58,240 bases of DNA from positions 1 to 58,240 of IMG/VR virus record IMGVR_UViG_3300005326_000051, one strand, 5' to 3'. The DNA is from a virus. Lineage: Duplodnaviria; Caudoviricetes. How positions within the stretch are numbered: position 1 is the first letter of the stretch; each line of letters opens with the position of its first letter. This document shows, in pieces, positions 56,064 through 58,240 of the stretch. The position numbers and the translations under genes are program-made. The notes beneath the pieces were generated by a model. It was not told where the DNA came from. It was given only the letters and a program-made list of their open reading frames with translations, and made no database searches.

Positions 56064-56771
56064 ATGACTGCTGGAGATTTGATTAGAGCTTCCATGCGAA
56101 AGTTGACACTGTACGCGAGTGGCGAAGAGCCAGAACCAGAAGAACTTATTGATGGTCTGGTTGCACTTAAAGGTATGCTTAAGTCATGGGGCAGTAACAG
56201 TATGATGGTATTTGCTTCCGTGAAGGAAAGTTTCTCTCTTGTCTCCGGAGTCTATCAGTATACATGGGGTTCTGGTGGTATGATAACTACTGCCAGACCT
56301 CATGCTTTACTTGGAGCATCTATAGTTGATAGTGGAGGTACAACACATACTGTAGATATTAGGTCAGAGGGAGAGTATAGACGAATTACTTCGAAGCTTT
56401 CTACTGGAAGACCGAACACCTTATTCTTTCATCCAGAGTACCCTTTGGCACTTATCTACGTACATCCAGTACCAACTGAAGTTGAACTTATGTATGTGGA
56501 CAGTAGAAAAGCGTTTGTTGAAGTTAGTTCATTCGACTTACTTGAAAGTGAACTACAGTTTCCAGATAACTATGAAGAAGCAATGATTTATAATCTTGCT
56601 GTAAGGCTTGCATCAGATTACGGCAAGTCTATTTCACAGGAGGTTGCTTCACTTGCAGTTAACTTGCATGATGAAATTATGAATCTTAATGCGTCAAACA
56701 GTGTAGAACCAGTAGCGATTTTACTTCCAGTAGGAAATAGAGGTTCTTTTAATATTAACACAGGAAGATAG
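56064..56771 (+). CDS. head-tail adaptor (P22 gp4-like)
   Basis: MTAGDLI..SMRKL...GEEP...DGL..L..ML.SW and PDNYEEAMIYNLAVRLA. Confidence 0.8.
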   Translation: MTAGDLIRASMRKLTLYASGEEPEPEELIDGLVALKGMLKSWGSNSMMVFASVKESFSLVSGVYQYTWGSGGMITTARPHALLGASIVDSGGTTHTVDIRSEGEYRRITSKLSTGRPNTLFFHPEYPLALIYVHPVPTEVELMYVDSRKAFVEVSSFDLLESELQFPDNYEEAMIYNLAVRLASDYGKSISQEVASLAVNLHDEIMNLNASNSVEPVAILLPVGNRGSFNINTGR

Positions 56772-56782
56772 GAGATACTTTA

Positions 56783-57079
56783 ATGATTGAAAAAACTTTT
56801 TCAGCTGCAACGCAGTTTTCTGGGCCAGTTCTTCTTCGTCAAGGTAGAACAATGGCTATTTCCATTTCTGGGACATTTGTAGGAACAGTACAGATTCAGA
56901 AAATTATACCAGAAGATGGTGATAATTCTTATCCACTGCACTCAGATGCAAGATGGAATGTGGTTCAGTCGTATACCGCACCAGTAGAAGAGCAGGTGCA
57001 ACAAGGTGATAATTGTTGGTATAGAGCGTATTGCTCTGCATATACGTCTGGCTCACCAGTAGCTAAGTTAAAGGTGTAA
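56783..57079 (+). CDS. small virion protein (hypothetical)
   Basis: ISGTFVGTVQIQ...WYRAYCSAYTSG. Confidence 0.5.
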   Translation: MIEKTFSAATQFSGPVLLRQGRTMAISISGTFVGTVQIQKIIPEDGDNSYPLHSDARWNVVQSYTAPVEEQVQQGDNCWYRAYCSAYTSGSPVAKLKV

Positions 57080-57081
57080 GT

Positions 57082-57726
57082 ATGCGTAATAAAATTTTAA
57101 TAAGTATTGTTGCTGTACTTATGCTGCTGGTGGTAAGTTCTCCAACTTTTGCTGACTTGTACCAGGAAGGTGGGATAACTACAGATACTAATTGTAATCA
57201 GGCAAAGTATTTTGCAATTGGAAAGATTTGCGCTGATATTGATGATGGGAAACTCTACAAAGGTACCGGGGCGGCAGTTGAAGAAGTTGGTGGAGCTATT
57301 GACCTTTCAGCTCCTGGAATAATTGGCAATACAACCCCGGCGGCAGGTACGTTCACAACACTGAAGGGGAAGTCTGACGAGATAATCAAATCAGCCACTG
57401 GTACCCTGACCGCTGCTGAAATGTCTGGTCAGATAATTAATAATTATGGTCAGACAGCTGATACGACTATGACGATGGATGCAGGTGTGAAAGGAGCCAC
57501 GTTTCCCGTACTTCTGGGGACAACCGTTGATAAATATTGGCGACTCGATCCTGACGCCTCAAACACAATTTATCTTGACGGAACAAGTTGTGGAGCCGGT
57601 AAATATGTTGGCATTGCTTCTGCCGTGGCTGGTGCTGCTGCATCCGTTAAAGCGTTTCAGACTGGAGCAACTACGTTCGATTTCTATTTTTCAGCTATTT
57701 CCGGTGCGTGGGCTTGTGAGCCTTAA
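57082..57726 (+). CDS. tail-fibre-like protein with N-terminal signal-peptide-like segment
   Basis: MRNKILISIVAVLMLLVVSSPTFA N-terminus. IGNTTPAAGTFTTL fibre motif. Confidence 0.6.
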   Translation: MRNKILISIVAVLMLLVVSSPTFADLYQEGGITTDTNCNQAKYFAIGKICADIDDGKLYKGTGAAVEEVGGAIDLSAPGIIGNTTPAAGTFTTLKGKSDEIIKSATGTLTAAEMSGQIINNYGQTADTTMTMDAGVKGATFPVLLGTTVDKYWRLDPDASNTIYLDGTSCGAGKYVGIASAVAGAAASVKAFQTGATTFDFYFSAISGAWACEP

Positions 57727-57737
57727 TTAAGGTGACT

Positions 57738-58087
57738 ATGAAACGATTACTTTTAATCTTTGCGATAGTGATGATGTCCTGTTTAACTGTGGATTCAGCG
57801 ACTATCTACGTCAAAGACGATCCAAATAATAGCGGTACAAAAATATGTTACAAATCGGCAGGATGGCCTGATGCAACATGCTCAGATGGGACTGGTAATA
57901 CTACTCTTACTGCGTCGCATACGGCAGCAGGGGCTAATGGTAGCCTTATTATCGCTGCTGGAACGTACGTTGGCACCCAGCTAGGGGCTGCTGGTACATT
58001 TGCGACTGGTGCGGCAGGAATAACGACTCGATCAGCGTCAACATTGCTAGACTCTGGTGTTGCTGGATGGAACTCGGCCTACGCTGG
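57738..58087 (+). CDS. N-terminal part of the origin-spanning deacetylase-domain protein
   Basis: ATG 57738 after AAGGTG. MKRLLLIFAIVMMSCLTVDSATIYVK... is open to the join and in frame with nt 2. Confidence 0.75.
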
Positions 58088-58201
58088 CGCTGTAACACTG
58101 AATGGTAATAACGCATCAGCGCTCACCTTAAGGGTACTGCACGACGATAGCACATTTAACGGTCTCGGTATTACCTGTCCGGGCGCAGCGTATGCGGCAG
58201 T
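58088..58201 (+). repeat. 114-bp terminal overlap identical to 1-114 (circular assembly)
   Basis: Direct comparison. Confidence 0.95.
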
Positions 58202-58240
58202 GCTGACCAATGGAATGCAATGTTGGATGCCGTTCAGCAG

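Noticed and set aside
1-58240. Integrase/lysogeny module, RNA polymerase, reverse transcriptase/DGR, stop-codon recoding
   Set aside because: No recombinase, RNAP or RT motifs recognised. Core genes are intact in the standard code and there is no suppressor tRNA.

Overview
The window appears to be one complete, circularly permuted dsDNA phage genome of about 58,087 bp: 58088-58201 repeats 1-114 exactly, and the last ~40 nt look chimeric. It has two arms. The + strand late arm (44.6 kb, through the contig join, to 16.1 kb) is a P22-like podovirus module: TerS candidate, intein-containing TerL, intein-containing portal, scaffold, coat, adaptor, gp10-like hub, tail proteins, ejection proteins and lysis genes. 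The - strand early/replication arm (43.8 to 16.2 kb) carries a UDG-PolA fusion, DUF3987 NTPase, ParB-methyltransferase fusion, SSB, Sak4-like ATPase, exonuclease, MazG, tRNA-Pro and many small ORFs. I found no integrase, RNA polymerase or CRISPR. The most unusual locus is a promoter-driven array of five structured RNAs directly upstream of a Ro60/TROVE gene (29.1-31.3 kb). Two have Y-RNA topology, one is an unassigned ~190-nt RNA, and two are tRNA-shaped RNAs whose anticodon region is replaced by a circularly permuted Y-RNA module and which carry the tRNA-His G-1:C73 identity pair. A second candidate system is 11 dispersed copies of an interrupted palindrome (AGAAAGGTCA-N5-TGACC) that may be parS-like loading sites for the ParB-MTase. 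Family assignments come from motif recognition by eye, not database searches.
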